Below, piece after piece: positions 33,053 to 41,269 of a stretch of DNA of 64,000 bases. The notes beneath the pieces are model-generated. The model did no database searches, was not told where the DNA came from, and worked only from the letters and a program-made list of their open reading frames with translations. The translations under genes and the position numbers were made by a program. Numbering within the stretch: position 1 is the first letter of the stretch; the number at the start of each line of letters is the position of its first letter. The stretch is from the NCBI GenBank assembly GCA_943788875.1, contig CALSSA010000012.1, forward strand, positions 18,855-82,854. Reading direction: 5' to 3'. The DNA is from an uncultured Pseudomonadales bacterium (GTDB lineage Bacteria > Pseudomonadota > Gammaproteobacteria > Pseudomonadales > Porticoccaceae).

Positions 33053-33214
33053 ATTGGAGGCTGAGATAACGGCAGACCTATTATTTATATTGTTGTTCAG
33101 AATACGATAACCCGATTGCTTTAGATTGTCGCGGTTTAATATTACTCGCCAGTCCTTAGACGGTTAAGACAGCTGCTTTTTGTCCTCTGGTGTAAATACG
33201 CCAGTATCACAGTC

Positions 33215-33223
33215 TGGTATAAT
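33215..33223 (+). promoter_or_regulatory. Extended -10 promoter upstream of purD
   Basis: TGgTATAAT, 29 nt before ATG 33253. Confidence 0.55.
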
Positions 33224-33252
33224 TCTCGACTTAATAAACAGCTGGAATACGA

Positions 33253-34551
33253 TTGATGAATGTACTGGTTATTGGCTCTGGTGGGCGGGAACATGCACTG
33301 GCTTGGAAAGCGGCGCAAAGTGAAGATGTAGAAAAGGTGTTTGTTGCCCCGGGTAATGCAGGTACAGCCATAGAACCCAATATCAAAAACCTTGATCTGA
33401 AAGTAAATGACTTTCAGGGGCTGGCTGAATTTGCCGCCAGCAATCAGGTCGGTTTGACCATTGTGGGTCCAGAGCAGCCGCTGGTGGATGGTATCGTCAA
33501 TTATTTTCAGGGCCTTGATCTGCCTATTTTTGGACCGTCTCAGGGCGCAGCTCAGCTGGAAGGCTCCAAAGCCTTCACCAAGGATTTCCTCGAGCGCCAT
33601 CAGATTCCAACTGCCGCCTATGGCAACTTCACCGATATAGACGAGGCCATGGCCTACCTACACAAAGTGGGCGCGCCCATTGTAATTAAAGCTGACGGTC
33701 TGGCTGCGGGTAAAGGGGTTATTGTCGCCATGACTATGGCGGAAGCTGAAGCCGCGGTCGAGGATATGTTAGCCGGCAATGCCTTTGGTGAAGCCGGCCA
33801 TCGAGTGGTAATAGAAGAATTTTTGGATGGCGAAGAAGCTAGCTTTATTGTCATGGTCGATGGAGTCAATGTACTGCCCATGGCCACCAGTCAGGACCAC
33901 AAGCGCGCCGGCAATGGTGACACTGGTCCAAACACCGGCGGTATGGGAGCCTATTCTCCAGCACCTGTCGTCGACAACATTATTTACCAGCGGGCAATGG
34001 ATGAGGTTATTTACCCCACGGTAAAAGGTATGGCCGCTGAGGGCAACGATTACACTGGCTTTCTATATGCCGGGCTGATGATTATGGCCGATGGCACCCC
34101 CAAAGTTATCGAGTATAACTGCCGCTTTGGCGACCCGGAAACCCAGCCGATTTTGCTGCGCCTACAGTCTGATCTGGTTGCCCATTGCTTGGCTGCGCTA
34201 TCCGGTGATTTGGATAAACAGCAAGCAAAATGGGATCCGCGACCAGCGGTCGGCGTTGTCTTAGCCGCTGGCGGCTACCCCGGTGCCTATAGTGGCGGCG
34301 ATATTATTACAGGCCTGAGGTCGGCGGCAGCTGATGTCGATGGTGCCAAGGTGTTTCACGCTGGCACCAAACAGGATGGGGACGCTATTGTCACCAGCGG
34401 TGGCCGAGTACTCTGCGCTACAGCGATGGGAGATTCAGTTTCCGAGGCTCAGCAAAAAGCCTATCAACTCGCCTCAGAGATTGACTGGAATAATATGTAT
34501 CTCAGGAATGATATTGCATGGCGCGCTATTGAGCGGGAAGAGAATAGCTAG
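33253..34551 (+). CDS. purD: Phosphoribosylamine-glycine ligase
   Basis: GSGGREHAL, KADGLAAGKGV, QDHKR, NTGGMGAYSP, RFGDPE. Confidence 0.98.
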   Translation: MMNVLVIGSGGREHALAWKAAQSEDVEKVFVAPGNAGTAIEPNIKNLDLKVNDFQGLAEFAASNQVGLTIVGPEQPLVDGIVNYFQGLDLPIFGPSQGAAQLEGSKAFTKDFLERHQIPTAAYGNFTDIDEAMAYLHKVGAPIVIKADGLAAGKGVIVAMTMAEAEAAVEDMLAGNAFGEAGHRVVIEEFLDGEEASFIVMVDGVNVLPMATSQDHKRAGNGDTGPNTGGMGAYSPAPVVDNIIYQRAMDEVIYPTVKGMAAEGNDYTGFLYAGLMIMADGTPKVIEYNCRFGDPETQPILLRLQSDLVAHCLAALSGDLDKQQAKWDPRPAVGVVLAAGGYPGAYSGGDIITGLRSAAADVDGAKVFHAGTKQDGDAIVTSGGRVLCATAMGDSVSEAQQKAYQLASEIDWNNMYLRNDIAWRAIEREENS

Positions 34552-34597
34552 ACGATAAAGCTGCGGCGACCGGTTAAAGGCAATAATAAGGATTCCT

Positions 34598-35347
34598 ATG
34601 GATCATCCCTTTTTCAGCTTTGATATTCCCTTTGCATCTTTTAGTGCATCCCATTGGTGGACATTGGCCGCCTTTGTCCTGATATTGGCGCTGACAATAC
34701 GGGTAGGTCAAAAACTCAGCCCCAATCAAAACCTTTGGCTGGGAAGGGTAATTGCCATCTTCCTGTCTATTACTGTGGTTATTTTCTCTTGGATTCACAG
34801 TGCCAACGGCCTGTTTAACTATAAGGTAGATCTACCTCTCTCAATCTGTAACCTGTTCGCTCTGCTGGCGCCGCTGCTATTTTGGAAGCCCAATTTCAGG
34901 CGCTTTGAGATGATTTATTTTCTAGTACTGTGCGGAACATTTCAGGCGATGCTGACACCAGACCTCTATGCCGGTTTTCCCAGCTATGGTTTCTTTAAAT
35001 ACTGGATTGTCCATGGCGGATTGGTGATTCTGGTGATTCATCATCTGCTGGCTTTCCAACTTATTCCCCAAGCCAAAGGTATGGTGCGGACATTTGTCTG
35101 GCTAAATGTCTATTTACTGGCACTGGTGCCGGTAAATCTAATTTTGGATGCCAATTATTTTTATATGATGGAAAAACCTATCAATCCGTCGATATTGGAT
35201 TATTTTGGCGACTGGCCATTTTATATTCTGGTGTGTGAAGTATTGGCCATGGGCTTTTTTGCCATTGCCTACGTACCTATTTTAGTAGGCAAGAAATACT
35301 TTTCCAAAGCGACTACAATTGCAACTGACGAACCCACAGATAGATAA
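34598..35347 (+). CDS. YwaF/TIGR02206 (TMEM164-like) integral membrane protein
   Basis: About 6 TM segments; [39 protein letters not shown] family-type motifs. Confidence 0.75.
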   Translation: MDHPFFSFDIPFASFSASHWWTLAAFVLILALTIRVGQKLSPNQNLWLGRVIAIFLSITVVIFSWIHSANGLFNYKVDLPLSICNLFALLAPLLFWKPNFRRFEMIYFLVLCGTFQAMLTPDLYAGFPSYGFFKYWIVHGGLVILVIHHLLAFQLIPQAKGMVRTFVWLNVYLLALVPVNLILDANYFYMMEKPINPSILDYFGDWPFYILVCEVLAMGFFAIAYVPILVGKKYFSKATTIATDEPTDR

Positions 35348-35348
35348 C

Positions 35349-35993
35349 ATGGCAAATCGACAACTCTCAGGTCTTGACCGAATTTTAACCCAGCTGGATC
35401 AGGGCTTGCGCACTGTTCTGGGCAATGCTCCTGCGCCACAGCGAGCCTCACCGGCCGTTGAGCTCACTGAGTCGGAGCTATCTGATCAGGAGCGCCAGCA
35501 TGCTCTAGGGCTAATGCGAGTAAATCACGCAGGGGAAGTCTGCGCTCAGGCTCTGTATCAGGGCCAGGCACTGACTGCCAAGCTGCCCGAAGTGGGTGAG
35601 CAAATGGAGCATGCTGCCGCAGAAGAAATTGACCATCTGGCCTGGTGTGAACAGCGTATCCATGAGTTGGGCGGGCGCACCAGTGCACTAAATCCACTGT
35701 GGTATGCCATGTCTTTTGGCATTGGGGCCGGGGCCGGTTTTATTAGCGATAAACTCAGTCTCGGCTTTGTGGCTGCGACTGAAGATCAGGTCTGTGATCA
35801 TTTGCAGCAACATCTCGAGGAATTGCCGGCCAATGATCAAAAAAGCCGCGCTATTGTTGAGCAGATGCTCGAAGATGAAGCGCGACACGCCCAATCCGCG
35901 CTGGATGCAGGAGGCCATCAGTTTCCTGCACCTATCAAAAAACTGATGACCTTGGTTTCCTCTGCCATGACCGGCAGTAGTTATCGACTGTAG
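35349..35993 (+). CDS. coq7: Demethoxyubiquinone hydroxylase (di-iron Coq7 type)
   Basis: [40 protein letters not shown]. Confidence 0.95.
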   Translation: MANRQLSGLDRILTQLDQGLRTVLGNAPAPQRASPAVELTESELSDQERQHALGLMRVNHAGEVCAQALYQGQALTAKLPEVGEQMEHAAAEEIDHLAWCEQRIHELGGRTSALNPLWYAMSFGIGAGAGFISDKLSLGFVAATEDQVCDHLQQHLEELPANDQKSRAIVEQMLEDEARHAQSALDAGGHQFPAPIKKLMTLVSSAMTGSSYRL

Positions 35994-36980
35994 TTACCTT
36001 TGTTTGGCAACGCTGCCGCTCTCGGCCTCAAGCGTTTTCTCCCAATCATGAATCAAGCCAACAATCTTATCTGACAACCAGCGGTGAATGCCGGAGCCGG
36101 ATGTGCGCTTGTGTTGCAGTAACACCAATGAGATCGTACCTTTGTGAGGCAGGTCTGCTGGATAGGGCTTGCGCACAATACGATACATTTCACGTTCCAT
36201 AGTGAGACCATGTTTGGCGGCCACCATCAGACAGTCCGTACCACAGACAGTTTCTACTGCAGTCATCAACTGATTAGTCACCAGAGCTTTTTTGCGCTTG
36301 CGGCCCATATCTCGAAGAACTCGATCAAATCGTGCATCGGTGCGCGCACTGACGCGCTTGGCAATCAGCAGGTAATATTGCACAAAGGGATATTCCAGAA
36401 TTTCATCCAAGGTGACGCGACTTTTTTCAGCAAGGGGATGGTCTTCTCTCATCCAGATAGACGGCGTAAAGTTAGCCAGGCTTCTGATGCTAATGTCTTC
36501 TGTCATGGTTTTTTCAATATCAATAGCAAAGTCCAGTACGCCTTCTGCCAGCTCACCCTCTACTGATGAATCAGTCTCACTGGAAATTGACAACACCACA
36601 CCAGGCGCATGCTCAGTGACCACTTTGGATAATTGAGAGATCAGAGAAATGGCTACAAACTCAGGGACAGCAATACTAATCTCACCCACATAGGTAGCCG
36701 GATCAAACTCCCCCTCACTAACCATTTCCAAAATGCTATCCAACAATCTGGGCAACCGGGCCTGTAACTCCCGTGCTTTGGGGGTTGGTACAAGTTCATT
36801 GCCTGTGCGGGTAAATAATGGGTCATCGAGCTGATGTCTAAGCCGCTGCAATACGCGACTCATGGCGGGCTGAGTGATAAATAATCGTCCGGCTGCACGA
36901 GTCACGCTTTTCTCTTCAAGCAGGGCCTGCAGCGAAACCAGTAAATTGAGATCGAGTCGCGAAAGTTTCTGTAAATTCAT
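35994..36980 (-). CDS. LysR-type regulator, NodD/MexT/LeuO-like subgroup
   Basis: RLDLNLLVSLQALLEEKSVTRAA..LFITQPAMSRVLQRLR..LDDPLFTR helix-turn-helix; start at MNLQK. Confidence 0.92.
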   Translation of the reverse strand: MNLQKLSRLDLNLLVSLQALLEEKSVTRAAGRLFITQPAMSRVLQRLRHQLDDPLFTRTGNELVPTPKARELQARLPRLLDSILEMVSEGEFDPATYVGEISIAVPEFVAISLISQLSKVVTEHAPGVVLSISSETDSSVEGELAEGVLDFAIDIEKTMTEDISIRSLANFTPSIWMREDHPLAEKSRVTLDEILEYPFVQYYLLIAKRVSARTDARFDRVLRDMGRKRKKALVTNQLMTAVETVCGTDCLMVAAKHGLTMEREMYRIVRKPYPADLPHKGTISLVLLQHKRTSGSGIHRWLSDKIVGLIHDWEKTLEAESGSVAKQR

Positions 36981-36993
36981 TAAATTAAGCTCC

Positions 36994-37033
36994 ATTACCA
37001 AAACGCATATTATTAATGCAAACAATGCATTTG
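36994..37033. promoter_or_regulatory. LysR operator copy 1 (two T-N11-A sites 7 bp apart, nod-box-like)
   Basis: ATTACCAAAACGCAT-N7-ATGCAAACAATGCAT-TTG, between the LysR start and a divergent sORF; repeated at 37371-37410. Confidence 0.75.
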
Positions 37034-37059
37034 GATTATGTCATAGGAATCTCTATATT
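37031..37059 (+). promoter_or_regulatory. sigma70-like promoter of unit 1
   Basis: TTGGAT-N17-TATATT with the -35 abutting the operator. Confidence 0.55.
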
Positions 37060-37105
37060 GTCACCCATAGAGCAGTGGCTCTTAAATTTAACTAAGGAGA
37101 TAGAC

Positions 37106-37216
37106 ATGACACTCGTATATTTAATGATAGGTTTTACTGGCCTCGCGGGTGCTGCAATTGCGAAAGATAGTTTCGCCAAGTTGGAAGCACCAGGACTCGA
37201 GGCTTCTGAGAAGTAA
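37106..37216 (+). CDS. 36-aa small hydrophobic protein MTLVYLMIGFTGLAGAAIAKDSFAKLEAPGLEASEK
   Basis: Strong SD TAAGGAG 6 nt before ATG 37106; downstream of a promoter and upstream of a terminator; N-terminal hydrophobic helix. Confidence 0.65.
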   Translation: MTLVYLMIGFTGLAGAAIAKDSFAKLEAPGLEASEK

Positions 37217-37311
37217 AACTCGACAGCAACACTGAGTTTTTATTTACAGATTTACCAAATTCGTAGTTTTAAAGTATTACCCCTCTTAATCCTTGCTATA
37301 GGATTTTTTAC

Positions 37312-37339
37312 CGGGACCTGCCAAGGTCCCGTTTTTTTT
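37312..37339 (+). terminator. Rho-independent terminator 1
   Basis: CGGGACC-TGCCAA-GGTCCCG followed by T8. Confidence 0.9.
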
Positions 37340-37370
37340 GCCTGACCATTTTTAACGGTTAGTTTTGCAT

Positions 37371-37436
37371 ATTACCTAAACGCATGACTAGGATGCAAAT
37401 AATGCATTTGATTTATAGGCAGCAGATTTCTAATAT
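37371..37436 (+). promoter_or_regulatory. LysR operator copy 2 plus sigma70-like promoter
   Basis: ATTACCTAAACGCAT-N7-ATGCAAATAATGCAT-TTG (31/40 identical to copy 1); TTGATT-N17-TAATAT in the same register (+377). Confidence 0.72.
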
Positions 37437-37442
37437 GCTCCT

Positions 37443-37568
37443 ATTGAAAGAGAGACAGCAGTTTTAGAGAGGTGGCTAACAGCGGCTTCTCACATGTTTT
37501 ACCCCTAACCCCTCTTTGTATTCCATTCAAAGAATTTTTTCAGGAGCCTGCCAAGGCTCCTTTTTTTT
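37443..37568 (+). ncRNA. Candidate ~125-nt small RNA (unit 2)
   Basis: Bounded by promoter copy 2 and a plus-strand-only terminator; no credible ORF; 5' hairpin GAGAGG/CTTCTC and C-rich single-stranded core; 5' end estimated. Confidence 0.6.
37542..37568 (+). terminator. Rho-independent terminator 2
   Basis: AGGAGCC-TGCCAA-GGCTCCT followed by a T run; same loop as terminator 1. Confidence 0.9.
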
Positions 37569-37577
37569 GCCTAAAAT

Positions 37578-38003
37578 TTAGATACCAGCGGCCTCAATTA
37601 CATAACTATGACTCATTTCAACACCAGCAGCTTCAAGCATTATAGAGGCGGAGCAATATTTTTCGGCTGACAGCTCAACGGCACGCTTAACCTGCGCTTC
37701 TTTAAGATTAACGCCAGTAACGGTAAACTTCAGATGTATCTTGCTAAACACTGCAGGTACCGCGTCGACTCGCTCTGCTTCGACCTCAGCCCTGCAATCA
37801 GTGACCTGCTGGCGGCCCTTTTGCAGCATGCTCATCACATCGAAGGAAGCGCAGCCACCAAGTCCTACTAAAATCATTTCCATTGGGCGCACGCCCATAT
37901 TCCTACCGCCCTGCTCCGGCGCTCCGTCCATAACCACTGAATGGCCACTGCCGGATTCACCTAAAAACATCACACCGTCTACCCATTTTACTGTTGCCTG
38001 CAT
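37578..38003 (-). CDS. yhfA: OsmC/YhfA family protein
   Basis: GVRPMEMILVGLGGCASFDV, SAEKYCSAS; divergent from crp as in enterics and Pseudomonas. Confidence 0.9.
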   Translation of the reverse strand: MQATVKWVDGVMFLGESGSGHSVVMDGAPEQGGRNMGVRPMEMILVGLGGCASFDVMSMLQKGRQQVTDCRAEVEAERVDAVPAVFSKIHLKFTVTGVNLKEAQVKRAVELSAEKYCSASIMLEAAGVEMSHSYVIEAAGI

Positions 38004-38182
38004 GACTCACCTTTACCCTATATGGCTGATTTTTGAGGCCGCAAAGATTAGCACAGACCGTTGCTGAAATTTCGTGCGCGACCAAAATATTTTTACTACT
38101 ATTAGACACAGGGGTCGCAAATAACTGTTATATGTAGTGGTAACCACTCGCGGCTTATAAAAACCATATAAGGAGATACACA

Positions 38183-38818
38183 TTGGCGCCTGCACCTCTT
38201 ACCCCACATATAGACAATGTCGAAGAGTTCTTATCCCATTGCCACCGTCGTCGCTACCCCGCTAAAAGCACTATTATTTATGCCGGAGATCAGGGCGACA
38301 CCCTCTACTATATAATCAAAGGATCAGTGACTGTCGTTATTGAAGATGATAGCGATGGCAAAGAAATGATTCTCGCTTACCTTAATCCCGGAGACTTTGT
38401 CGGTGAAATGGGTCTTTTTGACCAGGAGCATCGCAGTGCCTGGATTCGTACTAAGACCGAATGTGAAGTCGGCGAAATCAGCTATGGTAAGTTTGTCGAA
38501 CTGGGCCATAAACACCCGGAATTCCTATTTGCCATCAGCAAGCAGATTGCCCAGCGCCTGCGAGATACTACTCGCAAGGTCAGTGACCTGGCCTTTCTTG
38601 ATGTGACTGGCCGTGTCGCTCGCACTTTGCTTGACCTGTGCAGAGAGCCAGATGCCATGACCCACCCAGATGGAATGCAAATTAAGATCACCCGTCAGGA
38701 AATTGGCCGTATTGTTGGCTGTTCAAGAGAAATGGTCGGCCGGGTACTCAAAGATCTGGAGGAGCGGGAACTAGTCTCTGTGGCTGGCAAGACCATGGTG
38801 GTGTTCGGCACCAGATAA
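38183..38818 (+). CDS. crp: cAMP receptor protein, Vfr/CRP type
   Basis: GEMGLF..RSA cNMP pocket, DTTRKV (Vfr-type TT), [25 protein letters not shown]; TTG start after AGGAG. Confidence 0.95.
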   Translation: MAPAPLTPHIDNVEEFLSHCHRRRYPAKSTIIYAGDQGDTLYYIIKGSVTVVIEDDSDGKEMILAYLNPGDFVGEMGLFDQEHRSAWIRTKTECEVGEISYGKFVELGHKHPEFLFAISKQIAQRLRDTTRKVSDLAFLDVTGRVARTLLDLCREPDAMTHPDGMQIKITRQEIGRIVGCSREMVGRVLKDLEERELVSVAGKTMVVFGTR

Positions 38819-38830
38819 ACCAGATGCTTT

Positions 38831-39631
38831 TTAGCTAAACATCTCTCGCAGCCGCTCGCCTGGCTCATCACTACGCATAAAGGCTTCGCCCACTAAAAAC
38901 CCATTGACGTTGCGGTCGCGCATAGCGGCCACATCATCCCGATGATGAATGCCGCTCTCTGTAATCACAATTTTGCCGACGGGAATTTGCGCTAGCAATT
39001 GATAGGTGTTTTCCAGAGACACCTCGAAGCTGTGTAAATTACGGTTATTGATACCCACCATTGGGTTGTCCAGCTTGAGCGCAATCTCCAGCTCGGCTTT
39101 ATCATGAACTTCTATCAGCACATCCATACCCAGAGATTGAGCCTCCTGATGCAACTGGTGCAGCTGGTCTTCGGAAAGTGCTGAAACAATTAATAAAATA
39201 CAGTCTGCACCCATGGCACGAGCTTCGTAGATTTGGTATTGATCAATTATAAAATCTTTGCGAATTACAGGTAAGTCACAGGCCGCTCGCGCTGCCTGTA
39301 AATACTCATCGGCACCCTGGAAAAAATCCACGTCAGTTAGCACTGATAAACAGGCGGCACCCCCGGCAGCATAACTTGCAGCGATAGCTGCGGGATCAAA
39401 GTCTTCACGAATAACGCCTTTGCTGGGCGAGGCCTTCTTGATTTCAGCAATTACCGCAGATTCGCCAGCGGAAATCTTGGCGGCCATGGCCGCAGCAAAA
39501 CCACGGGGCGCGGATGCTGAACTAGCTCGCACCAGCAGGTCTTCGGCTGAGACAACGGCGCTGCGCTCAGCGATCTCTTCGTGCTTTCGAGCAAGAATCT
39601 TTTTTAATATGGTGGGTGTATCTGAGCTCAT
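38831..39631 (-). CDS. trpC: Indole-3-glycerol-phosphate synthase
   Basis: [33 protein letters not shown]. Confidence 0.97.
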   Translation of the reverse strand: MSSDTPTILKKILARKHEEIAERSAVVSAEDLLVRASSASAPRGFAAAMAAKISAGESAVIAEIKKASPSKGVIREDFDPAAIAASYAAGGAACLSVLTDVDFFQGADEYLQAARAACDLPVIRKDFIIDQYQIYEARAMGADCILLIVSALSEDQLHQLHQEAQSLGMDVLIEVHDKAELEIALKLDNPMVGINNRNLHSFEVSLENTYQLLAQIPVGKIVITESGIHHRDDVAAMRDRNVNGFLVGEAFMRSDEPGERLREMFS

Positions 39632-39649
39632 GATGAAGTCCCTTAAATT

Positions 39650-40687
39650 TTAACCGTCTTGCTGAACCTGAGTGAAAGTCGCTAGGTCGTTTATTTTTGC
39701 CTTTGCCAAACCAGAGCCAATAGCATCCTGAGCCATAGCAACCGCCTGACCCAAGTCAGCAGCGCAACCCGCGACATAAAGTGCAGCTCCTGCATTAATC
39801 GCAATCAGATCTGCGGCTTTACTGGCATTGGCAGACTGTCTCTTGCCCAATGCATCAGTAATCAGTGCCAGTGACTGCTCGGCATTGTCCACCGCCAAAC
39901 CCTCAAGACTCTGACGTTGAGTTAAGTAGTCTTCCGGGCTGATAATATATTCTCTGACGGCGCCATCCCGATATTCTGCAACAAAGGTTTGCTCAGCAAT
40001 ACTGATCTCATCGAGCCCATCGGCGGAATGGACAACCATAATATGCTCAGCACCCAGGCGGCCCAGAACCTCGGCCATAGGCTTGCACAGCTCTTTCTTG
40101 TACACACCAATTAACTGGCGAGTCACACCAGCCGGATTGGTCATAGGTCCAAGGATATTAAAAATAGTCCGCAACCCCAGCTCTTTGCGCGGGCCAATAG
40201 CATGTTTCATGGCACTGTGATGAGCAGGCGCAAACATAAAGCCAACACCAAGCTCTTCAACGCAGAGTGCTACCTGAGTCGGGCTGAGATTGAGATTAAC
40301 CCCCGCGGCTTCCAGCAAATCTGCCGCACCGCTATTACTGCTGACGGAACGATTGCCATGCTTGGCAACCCGGCCACCGGCCGCGGCCACGACGAAGGTT
40401 GATGCCGTAGAGACATTAAATAAATTGGATTCATCACCCCCGGTGCCAACAATATCAACCAGATGCTCACCCGCGACCTGAACCCCTGTGGCCAGCTCAC
40501 GCATCACTTCAACGGCGCCGGCAATCTCATCAATGGTTTCACCTTTGATACGCAGAGCAACCAGAAAAGCACCGATCTGTGCATCCCCAGCATTGCCTGT
40601 CATTATCTGGCGCATCACATCGCGCATCTCAGCAGAGCTCAGATGCTGTCCATTCACCACATTTTCTAAAGCTGTTTTGATATCCAT
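39650..40687 (-). CDS. trpD: Anthranilate phosphoribosyltransferase
   Basis: [39 protein letters not shown]. Confidence 0.97.
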   Translation of the reverse strand: MDIKTALENVVNGQHLSSAEMRDVMRQIMTGNAGDAQIGAFLVALRIKGETIDEIAGAVEVMRELATGVQVAGEHLVDIVGTGGDESNLFNVSTASTFVVAAAGGRVAKHGNRSVSSNSGAADLLEAAGVNLNLSPTQVALCVEELGVGFMFAPAHHSAMKHAIGPRKELGLRTIFNILGPMTNPAGVTRQLIGVYKKELCKPMAEVLGRLGAEHIMVVHSADGLDEISIAEQTFVAEYRDGAVREYIISPEDYLTQRQSLEGLAVDNAEQSLALITDALGKRQSANASKAADLIAINAGAALYVAGCAADLGQAVAMAQDAIGSGLAKAKINDLATFTQVQQDG

Positions 40688-40690
40688 AGA

Positions 40691-41269
40691 TTAAGACTCC
40701 AGAAAATTTTGCAACAGGTCATGGCCATGCTGGGTAAGAATTGACTCTGGGTGGAACTGCACCCCTTCGATCGCAAGCTGGTTGTGACGCACGCCCATAA
40801 TCTCATCAATTGAGCCATCTTCATTCTGAGTCCAGGCATTGACCACCAGACAATCGGGAATAGAGGATTGCTCTATGACCAATGAATGATATCTGGTCGC
40901 CTCAAACGGATTACTCAACCCTTTAAAGACGCCGGTATTATCGTGGTACATCATTGAGGTTTTACCATGCATAACCTGTTTCGCACGAATAATCTTGCCA
41001 CCAAAGGCCTGTCCAATACTCTGATGTCCCAGACAGATACCCAGAATTGGAATTCGCCCAGCAAAGGTATTAATGCACTCGACACTTATACCCGCTTCAT
41101 TTGGAGTACAGGGACCGGGAGAGATAACGATTTTTTCTGGCGCCAACTGCTCAATTTCGGAAATCGTAATTTCATCATTTCTATAAACCTGAACGTCAGC
41201 ATTTAACTCAGCCAGAAACTGCACCACGTTGTAAGTAAAAGAGTCGTAGTTATCGATCATTAATATCAT
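40691..41269 (-). CDS. trpG: Anthranilate synthase component II (glutamine amidotransferase)
   Basis: [30 protein letters not shown]; ATGA overlap with trpE. Confidence 0.95.
   Translation of the reverse strand: MILMIDNYDSFTYNVVQFLAELNADVQVYRNDEITISEIEQLAPEKIVISPGPCTPNEAGISVECINTFAGRIPILGICLGHQSIGQAFGGKIIRAKQVMHGKTSMMYHDNTGVFKGLSNPFEATRYHSLVIEQSSIPDCLVVNAWTQNEDGSIDEIMGVRHNQLAIEGVQFHPESILTQHGHDLLQNFLES

Noticed and set aside
33142-33600. 152-aa minus-strand ORF upstream of the photolyase as a possible missing N-terminus or partner
   Set aside because: It is mostly antisense to purD, has no family motifs, and the real photolyase N-terminal motif is already present at about 33040-32990
37016-37105. 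66-aa long form of the sORF (ATG 37016)
   Set aside because: Its ATG lies inside the LysR operator, upstream of the predicted promoter, with no SD; the ATG at 37106 has TAAGGAG
37443-37568. Tiny ORFs in unit 2 (ATG-TTT-TAC-CCC-TAA; a GTG frame reading through the terminator)
   Set aside because: No correctly spaced SD; one is 4 codons and the other crosses the terminator, so the unit is treated as non-coding
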